The notes under the pieces are model-generated. The model saw nothing but the letters and a program-made list of their open reading frames with translations, made no database searches and was not told the origin of the DNA. A stretch of 64,000 bases of DNA, taken from an uncultured Thermoanaerobaculia bacterium (GTDB taxonomy: Bacteria; Acidobacteriota; Thermoanaerobaculia; Thermoanaerobaculales; Sulfomarinibacteraceae). Each line of letters starts with the position of its first letter. The stretch's first letter is position 1. The DNA lies in contig CAZSTH010000004.1 in NCBI GenBank assembly GCA_964609835.1, forward strand, positions 3,578-67,577, in the 5' to 3' direction. Positions 20,660-31,529 of the stretch are shown in pieces. A program made the position numbers and the translations under genes.

Positions 20660-20697
20660 GGCAGAGAGGTCCGCGGCGGGCGGCCCGTCGGCCTCGG

Positions 20698-21867
20698 TCA
20701 CGATTCTCGCCGCCGCGCCGCTGCCGCCAACACCGCTTCCATGCGCGCGACGTGGCGGTCCACGGAAAACTCACGATCGGCGCGCTCCCTGCCGGCCGCT
20801 CCCATCGACTGCCGCAGGTCACGGGATCCGGCGAGGCGCACGATCGCGGCTGCCAGCGCCTCCGGATGCCCTGTCCGCACCAGCAGGCCGGTGGTCCCGT
20901 CCACGACCATCTCGGGCACGCCACCCCCGTCGTAGGCGACCACCGGCCGGCCGGCCGCCATCGCCTCCATCACAACCCGCGGCAGGGGATCCGGCCACAG
21001 GGTGGTGACCGCGAGGATGTCGACTGCCGCCACCAGCTCCCAGACGCCGTCCTGGGGAGGCACGAGATGCACGCGGTCGGCGAGGCCCCGGGCCGCGATC
21101 TCGCGACGCAGCCGGCCGACGAAGGCCGACGGGCCGTGGCCCGCGATCAAATAGTGGGCGCGGTCTGCGGGCGGCCCTGCCGCGGCCGCCGCCCGTACCA
21201 AATCGAGCGCACCCTTGTGGGCCACGAGCTGGCTGAACAGCCCGATGGCGACCGCGTCTTCGGGCAGCCCGAAACGAGCACGCGCGCCCGCCGCGTCCAT
21301 AAGCCGCGCCGGTGCTTCGACCCCGTTGTGCACCACCTCCACCAGGCCGTCCAGGCCCTCCTCCCGCAACCACCCCGCCACCGCCTCGCTGACCGCCACG
21401 ATCCGCGTCGCATCGCGCCGCAGCCGCCGGGCGAACCACCGCCGCCGCGGCCCCGGCGGCAGCATCTCGCGGAGGTGCCAGACAACCGGAATTCCGAGCG
21501 AGCCGGCGATCTCGGCGCCCCGCAGGTGCGGCAGACAGTTGACGTGCACCACGTCGGGCCGCTGCGTCCGCAGCCAGCGTTGCAGCCGGGCCGCTCCCGC
21601 GTCCGGCCAGGCGAACCGAAGCGCGCGGGCCAGCTGCCGCCACATGGGCTGTTCTTCGTACTGCACCAGCCAGCACATCCGCAGCGGCAGCGTCTCGACC
21701 TCCACCCCCGCGGCACGCAGCCGGTCCCCCAGCGCCCACGGGCCGGGCGCCGCCACCCCAACCTCGTGGCCGCGCTCGGCGAGCCCGGCCGCCAGCAGCG
21801 TGAGACTGTGCTCGGCACCGGTAGGGGCCGCGGGCGAGGCGAGGTGAGAGAGGAGAGCTATGCGCAT
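20698..21867 (-). CDS. GT4 glycosyltransferase
   Basis: GAE, VWHLRE, DPLPRVVMEAMAAGRPVV. Confidence 0.9.
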   Translation of the reverse strand: MRIALLSHLASPAAPTGAEHSLTLLAAGLAERGHEVGVAAPGPWALGDRLRAAGVEVETLPLRMCWLVQYEEQPMWRQLARALRFAWPDAGAARLQRWLRTQRPDVVHVNCLPHLRGAEIAGSLGIPVVWHLREMLPPGPRRRWFARRLRRDATRIVAVSEAVAGWLREEGLDGLVEVVHNGVEAPARLMDAAGARARFGLPEDAVAIGLFSQLVAHKGALDLVRAAAAAGPPADRAHYLIAGHGPSAFVGRLRREIAARGLADRVHLVPPQDGVWELVAAVDILAVTTLWPDPLPRVVMEAMAAGRPVVAYDGGGVPEMVVDGTTGLLVRTGHPEALAAAIVRLAGSRDLRQSMGAAGRERADREFSVDRHVARMEAVLAAAARRRES

Positions 21868-21963
21868 CCAGGCCCATTCACTATGCAGATACCTCTGGGA
21901 GACCGCTTTCGTCCATTCCGATGGACGTTCTCGAAATCCGAGATCGCCCATCGGCACGAAGCA

Positions 21964-23034
21964 TCAGGCAGGACCGGCCTGAACATTCTGAAGCAACTCA
22001 ACCAATCGAGGCGATATCACCTCGAGCGAGTACTGGTTTACCACCGTCTCGCGTCCCCGATTCACGAGCCCAGCTCGAAACCCCGGATTCGCGAGGAGGT
22101 AATCCATCGCCTTGACCCAATCTTGCGGACTGTCCGCAAGCAATCCGTTGACGCCGTGTTCGATAACCTCCGCGTTCATTCCCACAGGTGACGCCACTGC
22201 CGAAATGCCGAGAGCCATGTACTGCAGCAGTTTGAATGCGCATTTTGCCCGCGTCCAAGCATTGTCCTCCAGCGGCATCACACCGACGACGATATCCTCG
22301 AAACAAGAGATCTCACTCTCGAGGCTCCAGCGGCGATACTCAATCGGCACGCCGTCGATCTTCAGCTCTCGATCTGCAACGAGGACGAGACGGAAGCCTC
22401 GATGCCGGCGAGCCAGATATCTCAACGGCTCGGCGAGCATTTGGAGATCGCTCAGATTATCCGAGTGGCCGACCCAACCCACGACCGGCTCGGTCGACTC
22501 CGGAAGGCGGCTCGGACAAAACCTTTGGCAGTCGAGAGCAGTCGGAACCGTTGCCACGCGATCGTGCGGGACCTTGCTCGCGATTTCGCGGTTGCCGCAG
22601 ATCACAAGGTTGGCCGCGGCTGCGGTGGATTCGAAGTTTCGCCGGTACCGCGCGAGAGTTCGATAGTCCCGGCTACCTGAAGGCGGCGGAAGGTAAATAG
22701 CGTCATCTACATCGAAGACCACCGGAATCTTCTTCCGCTTCAGACTGCCTGCAAACGGCGGGGGATAAGTCCGTTTCTGAATCAACATCAAGTCCGCAGG
22801 AAGCGGGACCGAGGTGTCGTGGACGAGCTCTGCGATGCGAAGCGGAACTCGGATGAATCTCCACGGATGTCTTATGCTAGCTCGAATCTGCACCTCGAAT
22901 CCTGCGGAGCGCAGCGCCTCGATATGTGCCAATAATCGAAATCTAGTGCTCGCGGTCGTTTCGTTGCCAACAACCCGGGCCATGAGCCGCAGTCGGCTCC
23001 CTGGAGCCTGCCCACTCTCCCGTCCATTTCGCAC
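21964..23034 (-). CDS. GT4 glycosyltransferase (intact copy A)
   Basis: ASTRFR, FDVDDAIY, GWVG, KCAFKLLQYMALG, SPVGMN; start (GTG 23034 or ATG 22983) uncertain. Confidence 0.88.
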   Translation of the reverse strand: MRNGRESGQAPGSRLRLMARVVGNETTASTRFRLLAHIEALRSAGFEVQIRASIRHPWRFIRVPLRIAELVHDTSVPLPADLMLIQKRTYPPPFAGSLKRKKIPVVFDVDDAIYLPPPSGSRDYRTLARYRRNFESTAAAANLVICGNREIASKVPHDRVATVPTALDCQRFCPSRLPESTEPVVGWVGHSDNLSDLQMLAEPLRYLARRHRGFRLVLVADRELKIDGVPIEYRRWSLESEISCFEDIVVGVMPLEDNAWTRAKCAFKLLQYMALGISAVASPVGMNAEVIEHGVNGLLADSPQDWVKAMDYLLANPGFRAGLVNRGRETVVNQYSLEVISPRLVELLQNVQAGPA

Positions 23035-23148
23035 ACCTTCCCTGCGCAACTCGTCCCCATCGCCTGTTCGAGCTTGCTGAGAGGTACATCGCGTCCAGGT
23101 CACCTTTTCAGCATAGTACCGAGTAGTGAAGTCTCCAAAACACCGCGG

Positions 23149-23157
23149 TGCTAAAAT
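23149..23157 (+). promoter_or_regulatory. Extended -10 element TGcTAAAAT
   Basis: Upstream of the GT2 gene at 23225 in a divergent intergenic region. Confidence 0.55.
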
Positions 23158-23224
23158 CATGGTGAATGATCCGTTCTCGGTGGTGGTTTCAAGTACCACG
23201 TTCTGGTCACACGAGCGGCGTCTG

Positions 23225-24145
23225 ATGAGCGTCACCGTGTCGGTCTTGATTCCAAACTGGAATGGTGGCGACATCATCGAGGAATGCCTCAACTCGATTC
23301 TCCGCCATACGCGAGTTGAAGAATTTGAGATCATCGTCGTGGACAACGCATCCAACGACGGGTCACAGCTCAAGATTGAAAATCTAGCGCGACGCGAACC
23401 GAGAATTCGAACGAAGTTCAACAGTGAAAATCTCTTCTTCGCGCGCGCGTGCAACCAGGCGTATGCAATGAGTCGAGGCAGGTTTGTCCTCGTGGCGAAC
23501 AACGACGTCATTGTTAAGGACGATGCGATCTCCGCTTTGGTTGCTCACGCGGAAAGGCATCCGGAGGCAGGAGTCGTGACACCCCTGCTCTGCGACCGAG
23601 AAGGTCGCCCGCAGGAGTTTTGTCGTCGGTTGCCAAACGCCCTTTTCGTCATCGCTCGCTACCATCTATTGGGGAGGGGAATTGACAGATTCGTGCTTCG
23701 GCGAAGCATTCACAACCGGTATTTCTATCGAGATCGAGCATTTCGGACGACTGAAGTCATCGAACAACCCGGCGCCTCATTCAGTTTGTACCGTCGGGAT
23801 ATCATCGAAAAACTCGGCCTCCTCTTCGACGAGACTTTTCCGCTTCTGTTCAACGATGTTGACCTCTCAAGACGAGTCCGAGATCTCGGGGCACAAAGCC
23901 ACGTCGTGCCGACAATCAACGTGATTCATCTCGGCGGCATCTCATCCGCCAAACTCCGCTCAGCGGCCTACAATCAGATGCAGTATCGCGGGCTCTTTAC
24001 GTATTTTCGACGTTACCATCCACTGCAGTACGCGTTCCTTGCCTGTGTGTGGCCGAGGCGATGGCATTCCTGGCGCCGGTCGCGGGATAGCGCCACCGGA
24101 TCCGCTCAGTCACAGAGTCCGGCTCCATCCAACGATCGGTCGTGA
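23225..24145 (+). CDS. GT2 glycosyltransferase (intact copy B)
   Basis: SVLIPNWN, VVDNASNDGS, FARACN, ANND, FNDVDL. Confidence 0.9.
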   Translation: MSVTVSVLIPNWNGGDIIEECLNSILRHTRVEEFEIIVVDNASNDGSQLKIENLARREPRIRTKFNSENLFFARACNQAYAMSRGRFVLVANNDVIVKDDAISALVAHAERHPEAGVVTPLLCDREGRPQEFCRRLPNALFVIARYHLLGRGIDRFVLRRSIHNRYFYRDRAFRTTEVIEQPGASFSLYRRDIIEKLGLLFDETFPLLFNDVDLSRRVRDLGAQSHVVPTINVIHLGGISSAKLRSAAYNQMQYRGLFTYFRRYHPLQYAFLACVWPRRWHSWRRSRDSATGSAQSQSPAPSNDRS

Positions 24146-24156
24146 CGCACGTCGCT

Positions 24157-25173
24157 TCACGCGGTTTGTTCCACCACGGTCCGCGCGATCACCTCGAGAA
24201 CCCGTGGCGCGGCGACCTCGACGGTGAAGCCCTCGTCCACCTTGTACCGCGCCCGTTCGCCCATCTCGCGTCGGAGAAGCGGTTCTTCGACCAGTCGCCG
24301 CACCGCCCCCGCGAACGCGGAAACGTCGAGATACGGAACCACGATTCCGGCATCATCACCGACGAACTCCTGCGCTCCGCCTGCCTCGGCGAAGCACACG
24401 CTCGGCAGACCGCACTGAGCCGCCTCCAGGCAGACCATACCCAGCGGCTCCTCCCGCGACGGCGAGTTGAAGACATCGGCAGCCGTGAAGACCTCGCGAG
24501 GGTCGTCCATCTCGCCCAGGAAGCGCAGCTGTGCCCCCACGGCACGCTTCGATGCTTCCAGGAGAAGCAGCTCCCGCAGATCGTCTTCGATTCGCCCAAT
24601 CCACAGCAGCGTGACGGTGGGAAACGCGGCGGTCCCCAGCTGAGCGTGAATCGCCGGCAGCAGGTCGACGCCCTTCCTGGGCTCGCCCACGCCGCACCCG
24701 ACAACCACGACGTCACGATCACCGAGGCCAAGCTTCCGTCGAACCGCAGCCGATCGGCCGCGGAGAACCTCCGATTCCAGGACCTTCGGCACGCACAAAC
24801 GGACGACCGTCACCCGCCCGGGCGCCGTCCCGTGCCGGTGGAGGAGGTTGTCACGGACCGCCTCCGACGCCACGATGAAACTCTCCGCGAGCGTCGCCAG
24901 CTGGCCGGGGGGCGGACCGACCCTGCGGATGACGTACTCGAGTTCATGAACGTGGAGAACCCGCGGCACGCGATGGGGCCCCAGCGCGAGCAGCGCTCGC
25001 CAGGCCGCGACGCTGTTAATCCAGACCACGTCGAAACAACCGTTTCTCAGTCGACGTCGAAACCGGGCACTCCGCAGCCGCTCGACGGCCACATCGGTAA
25101 CGACCCTGCGCATGATTCGCGAGACCATCCTGGGCGAGCCGAGATGGGGGTTGAGGATCGTGGTCGGCGCGAG
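24157..25173 (-). pseudogene. 5'-truncated GT4 (paralogue of 32796-33980)
   Basis: Similarity starts abruptly at LAPTTILNP; about 55 N-terminal codons present in the paralogue are missing; REEPLGMVCLEAAQCGLP shared. Confidence 0.8.
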
Positions 25174-26200
25174 CGGATCGCTGTTCGTTCGAATCGCTCG
25201 ACCACCGTGCGGCGCGTGGCCGCGCCGAGACGAGCGCGCCGCTGCGGATCCGACAGCAGGGCGTCGAGAGCGTCGACCCAGGCGGCGGGGGTCGCCGCGG
25301 AATGCCCGTTTTCGTCGTCGCTGACGACGTCGCAATTCATGCCGACCCGCGACACGACCGGTGGCATGCCGAGCGCCATGTACTGGATCGCCTTGAAGGC
25401 GCGCTTGGCCCGCGCCCACGGCGAATCCTCGAGCGGCATCAGGCTAACCCACATGCCGTCGAAGCACGACACCTCCTCGGTGAGGCTCCACCGCCGAAAC
25501 TCGAGACGGAGCCCTTCGATCTTGGGTTGCCGATCCGCCACCACCACCAGTCGCAGCCCCGGATGACGACGACCGACCTCTCGCAGCGGGCCCGCCAGCG
25601 CCTCGGTGTATGCCAGGTTGTCGCCGTGGCGGACCCACCTGACCACGGGCTCGGGCGCTGGTCGTACCGCCGATGGCGTGAAGCGCTCGCAGTCGATCGA
25701 GGTCGGCAGAACCCCGGGGCGGACCTCAGGCGCCTGACGGGCGAACTCTTCGTTGCCGCAGATCAGCAGGTCTGCCGCGTCGCTGGTCAGCTCGAAGTTC
25801 CTCCGAAACCGCTCGCGACCGGCGTCGTCCTGGGCGGCCGACGGCGGCGGAAGGTACAGCGCATCGTCGAAGGCGAAGATCACCGACAGACGAAAGGCGG
25901 CGAGCCGCCGCGCGAAGGGCGGTGGGTAGTTCCGACGGTGGATGAACAGCACGTCCGCGGCCGGCTCGCGGGCGGTGTCGTGCACCAGCTCACGAAGACG
26001 TCGGATTGGAGACAGCAGCGACCGCACGGTCACCGATTGGGTCTCAAGCTCGACCGACCAGCCGTCAGCACAGACCGCGTCGAGGCGGACCAGCACGCGA
26101 TATCGGGTGCTCGCGACCCGCTCGTCGCCGATCACCCGAAAGAGAACGCACCGACGATGGGAAGTATCTTCGGCGGCAGTTGGTAAGGAGCTTTGAATCT
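25174..26200 (-). pseudogene. 3'-truncated, degenerate GT4 (paralogue of 21964-23034)
   Basis: Colinear with copy A but with motif damage (GWVGH>RWVRH, AKCAFK>AKRAFK, SPVG>SRVG); runs out of frame into the neighbouring fragment. Confidence 0.75.
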
Positions 26201-26384
26201 CGCCCCTCCTCTGACCCGTCACCGCCCGCCGTGGCCACGAGCGATGGAGGGCCTCTCGTCATTGTATCGGCAATACCGGACCGCCGACCCGAGGATGGTA
26301 CGTTTGCGGGACGCCGCGCTCCAGGCGCTGACAGCCTCGAGCAGTGCCAAGCGGCCGTGTTCGGCGGGCGCCAGGCGAACTGTC

Positions 26385-27281
26385 ATGCCGCGCCACGTGT
26401 CCATCATCATCCCCAACTGGCACGGCGGCACCGTCATCCGGGAGTGTGTCGAGTCGATCCTCCTCCACACCCGCGTGGTCGACTTCGAGATCATCGTCAT
26501 CGACAACGGTTCGATCGATGAAAGCCGGCGCGAGATCCGGGGGCTGGCCGACCGCGAGCCCCGGCTGAGGGCGATCCTCAACGATCGTAACGCCTTCTTC
26601 GCCCGCGCCTGCAATCAGGGGTATCTGGTGGCCAGCGGCGGTCGCCACCTGCTAGTCGCCAACAACGACATCCTGTTGCGAGGAGACGCCGTCAGTGTGC
26701 TTGTCGCCTAGGCCGACGCGCGGCCGGAGGTCGCGGCAGTCGCGCCGCGTTTCCGCAGTCCGGACGGCGAGCTGCAGGAGTTCTACCGCCGGCTCCCGAA
26801 TGCGCTGTACGTGTTCGCCCACTACCACCGCCTCGGACGGGCGATCGACCGCTTCGTGCTCGGTCGGTACCTCCAAAACCGACACTTCTGCCGTGACCTC
26901 GCCTTTCGCGAACCCGAAGCCGTCGACCAGCCCGGCGCCTCGTTTCTCCTGCTGTCCCGCCGGTTCGTCGATCGGCTGGGAATGCCGTTCGACGAGAGGT
27001 ACCCGTTGCTCTTCAACGACGTCGATCTCGCGAGGCGGGTGCGAGAGGCCGGCGGGTGCACCCACGTGGTGCCTGAGGTCGAGGTCGTCCACCTCGGCGG
27101 CGTCTCATCAGCGGAGCTCGGTGAGGCGGCGTACCACGAGCTGCATTTCCGCGGGCTGTTCACCTATTTTCGGCAATACCATCCCCTGCAGTATCCGCTC
27201 GTATGTCTTGCTTGGCCCATTCGATGGCTTCGATTTTCCAATCGATCGAAAAAGGCCTCGGGGAAGGCCACTGGCTCCTGA
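26385..27281 (+). pseudogene. GT2 with in-frame TAG (paralogue of 23225-24145)
   Basis: ORF halves 26193-26711 and 26811-27281 share one frame; single TAG at 26709-26711; colinear with copy B. Confidence 0.85.
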
Positions 27282-27881
27282 GCAATCATCGCTGACTCAA
27301 GATTTAGACGTTCTTACTGCGATCCGATCCACTGGATAGACCACATCTGCCAATCGCCACCCTTCGCTGCCAGTCCGTGACGAAGAAGGCAGTCGTCTCT
27401 TCAATACAGTTGGGGAGAGAACGACTAAAAATCCCGGCGAAAAGGGGCCGGCATCGGGCCCGGATCCGCAATGAATCCCGCGGCGCATATCGTTCAAACG
27501 ATGTATGACGGCCTGATAAGATCAACTGGTGTTTGGTGGCGATCTCCTGGGGCTGAGCATCTGGTGACCGTCCCGACTTCTGAACGGCTGGACGACCTTG
27601 TCCGGCGCCCGAGGCGAATCGGTTTCGTTGGTACTGCCGCTCTTCGCGGTGCTCGCCGTGGCCGAAGGGTCGGGTTGTCAGCAACCATCGTGAGGGGCCG
27701 AGACGTTTGTCACGCGGCGGACGCGCCCACCCCGCGAACAGTGCACTTGCGCCCCGGCCTATCAGTGACGAACCGTGTCCCGAATGACAGGACGTTGTGG
27801 CGAGTGCAGGTTCGCGGTGGTTCGCGGCGTCTCGCCTTCATTGCTCGGCGAGCGTTATCGCCCCGCGGGGAATGACAGAGA

Positions 27882-28973
27882 GTGTCCAAGCCGGAACCCA
27901 TCTCGCCGACCGGTGGTTCCTGGCCACGCGTCACCTTTGGTCTGATCGTCTTCAACGGGGAACCATTCGTACGATACAATCTCCATGCGCTTTACCCGTT
28001 TGCCCATCAGATCATTGTCGTTGAAGGGGCAGTGCCCGGGTCTCGAGCTACCGCGAGATCCGACGGTCATTCCTCGGATGGGACCCTCGAGACCCTACGG
28101 GCGTTTTGTGCTCGTGAAGATCCGGAGGGCAAGACGACCCTCGTCGTGGCTGAAGACGAAGGGCACGTCGACGGATTCTGGCACGGTGAGAAAACCCAAC
28201 AGAGCCAGGCCTTTGCCACCCGGGCGACGGGGCGCTATCTGTGGCAGGTGGATATCGATGAGTTCTACCATCCCGACGACATGAGGGTGATGTTCGACAT
28301 TCTGGTGAAGCGACCCGAAGTCACCACCGTGTCGTTCCACCAGACGGCGTTTTGGGGAAACCTCGATACGGTTGTCGATGGATGGTACCTGAGGCGTGGA
28401 GCGGCTGAATTCCACCGACTCTTCAAGTGGGAGCGGGGGTACTCCTATGTCGAGCACCGGCCGCCAACAGTGCGTGACCGTTCAGGAGTCGACCTTCGAG
28501 ACCGCTGCTGGCTCCGTGGACACGAGATGGCACAACGAGGAGTCCGCCTTTTCCACTATTCTTTGCTGTTCCCAAAACAGGTCAGGGAAAAGGAGAGGTA
28601 CTACCAGAACGCTGGGTGGAGGGCGGAGGCAAATCGGTGGTGTGAAGAGGTGTATTTCGGACTCGAGCACCCGTTCAGGGTTCACAACGTCTATCAGTAC
28701 CCGAGTTGGTTGGACAGCTTCTCCGGCGACCACCCCCCCGAAGTGTGGCGAATGTGGAGCGACCTGACCCAAGGCCGACTGAAGGTGGAGACGCGATGCA
28801 ATGACGATATTCGCCGTTTGCTGGCTTCGAAAAGATACCGCCTCGGGCGTTCGATCTTGAGGCGGCTGGACCCCGCGGACCGCGTCGTCAGGTGGTCTTT
28901 CGGTATGGTTAGCAGAGCTTTTCGTCGCCTCACTCGACAGGTGAGGAGCGTCTTCGATCGTCACGCAGATTGA
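27882..28973 (+). CDS. GT-A fold (GT2-like) glycosyltransferase
   Basis: IIVVEGA, SSDGT, WQVDIDEFY (DxD), HYS. Confidence 0.8.
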   Translation: MSKPEPISPTGGSWPRVTFGLIVFNGEPFVRYNLHALYPFAHQIIVVEGAVPGSRATARSDGHSSDGTLETLRAFCAREDPEGKTTLVVAEDEGHVDGFWHGEKTQQSQAFATRATGRYLWQVDIDEFYHPDDMRVMFDILVKRPEVTTVSFHQTAFWGNLDTVVDGWYLRRGAAEFHRLFKWERGYSYVEHRPPTVRDRSGVDLRDRCWLRGHEMAQRGVRLFHYSLLFPKQVREKERYYQNAGWRAEANRWCEEVYFGLEHPFRVHNVYQYPSWLDSFSGDHPPEVWRMWSDLTQGRLKVETRCNDDIRRLLASKRYRLGRSILRRLDPADRVVRWSFGMVSRAFRRLTRQVRSVFDRHAD

Positions 28974-29693
28974 CCTCCCTCGGCCTCAGAAACACCAACG
29001 TCGGCCCGCATACAGACTGTAAAGAGTAACCAAATTTCTGCATATATTTATGGAGATCAGAATTGATAATTTCCCTCATTTTTTGATTACTATTTTGAAC
29101 AAATTTTTCAACCAAAACAACAGGTATAGGGGCTCGACAGAAGTCGATCTCCATCACGACGAGTTCATCGATGCCTTCAATATCGATGTTAAGGATGCTT
29201 GGCACGCCAAAACTTTTCAAATGCCCATCGATGAGGTCTTCAGTCGAGATCGCGGGCACGATTTCTTGCTTTCCTGCTCCGTCTTTACCGGAGCCTCTGC
29301 TGCTATTCCGCTGCCTCTGTAGTCGATGGAATCGCCTTCCGAGAAGTCGCCTCTCTTGACGAAGACGATTGAGTCCCTGTCCCATTCCTTTGGTACAACA
29401 GCGGCATGAATTGAAGTGTCTCTTTTCCGATATATTCTGAATAGTTTAATCTTTTCCTTCGAAGCCTCAACAACAGTTCCACTCCATCCCTTCCGGTAAA
29501 ACTTGAAGGTGTTGGAGCCGATCACTGGATGAAACCCTCCGAGATCGATGTAACTCCCGTGTTCCGTGTTGACTCCCAGCCACTGCAGGTGGTTCTCGAT
29601 CACGAGGTCTTCACCCAACTGTCCATATGAACGTTGGTTGAACACCAGACCCGCCACACATTTTCTGTGGGCGTCAAAAATCCTTTTTTTCAC
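28930..29693 (-). pseudogene. Frameshifted FkbM-family methyltransferase, strongly AT-rich
   Basis: N-half SYGQLGED, YIDLGGFHP..SNT, GWSG..VEA; C-half LNIDIEG in another frame; switch near 29255-29290. Confidence 0.78.
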
Positions 29694-30442
29694 GACTCCA
29701 TCTCCTACGAACGGTCGTTTCGGGCCGTCGCTCGCCCTTCCGGTGGGCGTCGATCCTCACGCGTGAGATCGTCCTGGCTGTTCGAGTACCGTTCCAAAGC
29801 CGTTCTACCGTATCCCAATGCCGTCAACGGTTTGAGGGACGACGACGGAGCCGAAACGCGGGGCCGCCGGTCGGTCGGTCGACCGATGTCGCAACGCGAC
29901 GATTTCGCGGATGACGAAATCGTTGACCTCCAGCCAAGTCGGCGTCGGTCCGTAGAAGAGGTCGATGGCATAGACCGATAGGAAGTTGAGCGCCTACCGA
30001 AAGAACGGGGTCGTCAAACGGAAGAAGAGATAGCGACGAAGGGCACTGCTGCCGCCGCAGATCAGTCGACAGCCGAGATCGGTCGGGTTTACCGGATCGC
30101 GGTGGGTGGCGCCGACCACAAGGACGTCTTCGGCAGCGAACTGAAGCCGACCGAGGAGTTTGCGGACCGCCACCTGCGCATTTCACGCCGACGGTTTTGT
30201 TCTGAGGCTTGCGAGGGCGATCAATGCGAGGTCGCCTCGAATCGGAAGGCCACCGACTGCGCGGCCAGCGTCGTGGACCCGAAGGAGGAATGCGAGGCGT
30301 CGTCTCTCGATTGCAAACGGAGTCGCTGATCACGGCCGGCCGCTACGGGCTGCCGTAAGCTGGCTGGAGGCGGCCAATCGGAAGGGGAGACATATCGGCG
30401 AGAGAAGGTAGACGCGGGCTGCGGCGGCGGTCGATCGGCCGG

Positions 30443-31394
30443 ATGCTGAGGGTGACGTGGGTCGAGCGGGCCGTGGTGCAACTGCTGTCGTGGATCCCTG
30501 CGGATATCGTGTCGCGCGACCGGTACTTCGATCTCTTCCAGCGGCGCGGCTTCCACACCCGCCCGGTGCGATTCGACCAGACGACACCGGGCACCGGGAC
30601 CGCGACGACCGGCTGTGGTCGTCGCGCTCCGAGATGATCGGCGTCGATCTCGGGATCGATGACCAGCTCGAGCTGCTGCGCGAGGTGGCGAGCGCCTACG
30701 GTTCAGAGTACCGGTCCTTCCCGGACCTGTTGAACGACGGGTCGAGCGGTTTCTATTTCGATCAACAGTCGTTCCGATCCCGCGACGCGGAGATACCTTA
30801 CTGCATGATTCGGCGGCACCAGCCGCGCCGACTGATCGGAATCGGGTCGGGCATGTCGACCCTGCTCGCCGTCGCGGCGTGCGAGAAGAGCCGGCTTCCG
30901 TCAGGCGCCTCCTGCGAGATCGTCGCCATCGAGCCCTTTCCGAGAGACTTCGTTCGCAGCATGGATTTAAGCGCTCTCGAGCTGATCAGGAACAGGTCGA
31001 GCGTCAGCCGCGCAAGCTGTTCTCAACCCTCGACGCTGATGACATACTGCTCATTGACTCGAGCCACGTGGTACGGACCGGGGGCGACGGGGTCTACGTT
31101 TTTCTCGAGGTCATCCCGAGGCTGAGGCCGGGCGTCCTGGTCCACGTGCACGATGTCTTCCTTCCTTCTGATCTGAGTATCCGAAATCATGGGTACTCGA
31201 TCGACACTGGTTCCTGTCCGAGCAATACCTGCTGCAGGCCTACCTCTCCTTCAGCTCGCGCGTGCAGGTCGTGTGGGCAGGCAGCTACCTCCACCTCCAC
31301 CACCCTGACCTGCTCGAGTCGGCGTTCCCCGCAACAAAGCGACCGCGAGTGGCCGGGCAGCTTCTGGTTCAGGATCAGGGAGGACCCGGCGTAG
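30443..31394 (+). pseudogene. Class I SAM methyltransferase (Methyltransf_24-like) with about 4 frameshifts
   Basis: Consecutive motifs in different frames: YFDLFQRRGFH / IGSGMST..AIEPFP / IDSSH..HVHDVFLP / EYP..EQYLLQA / PGSFW. Confidence 0.8.
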
Positions 31395-31529
31395 CGCCTC
31401 GCCCACATGCTCGGGTTCGGCTGTCCTGGTACTCTCAAAGCCGATGGCGGGGGCGCGCTGCCGTCGAACGCGGCCGCAGATGCGCAACCCCTTCTCCAAT
31501 TGCGGTCGAGCGCTGAATCGAGGTTCGAG

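Noticed and set aside
26709-26711. Selenocysteine or pyrrolysine recoding
   Set aside because: Codon is TAG, not TGA; non-catalytic position; no pyl genes; neighbouring genes are also decaying
27290-27880. ORF 27471-27875 and possible ncRNA in the long gap
   Set aside because: No motif, atypical codon usage and no convincing structure
29255-29290. Programmed -1 frameshift in the FkbM gene
   Set aside because: No canonical X-XXY-YYZ slippery heptamer or clear stimulatory hairpin; a simple indel is more likely
29700-30440. Short ORFs between the two methyltransferase pseudogenes
   Set aside because: Stop-interrupted with no recognisable motif; perhaps a gene remnant but cannot be called
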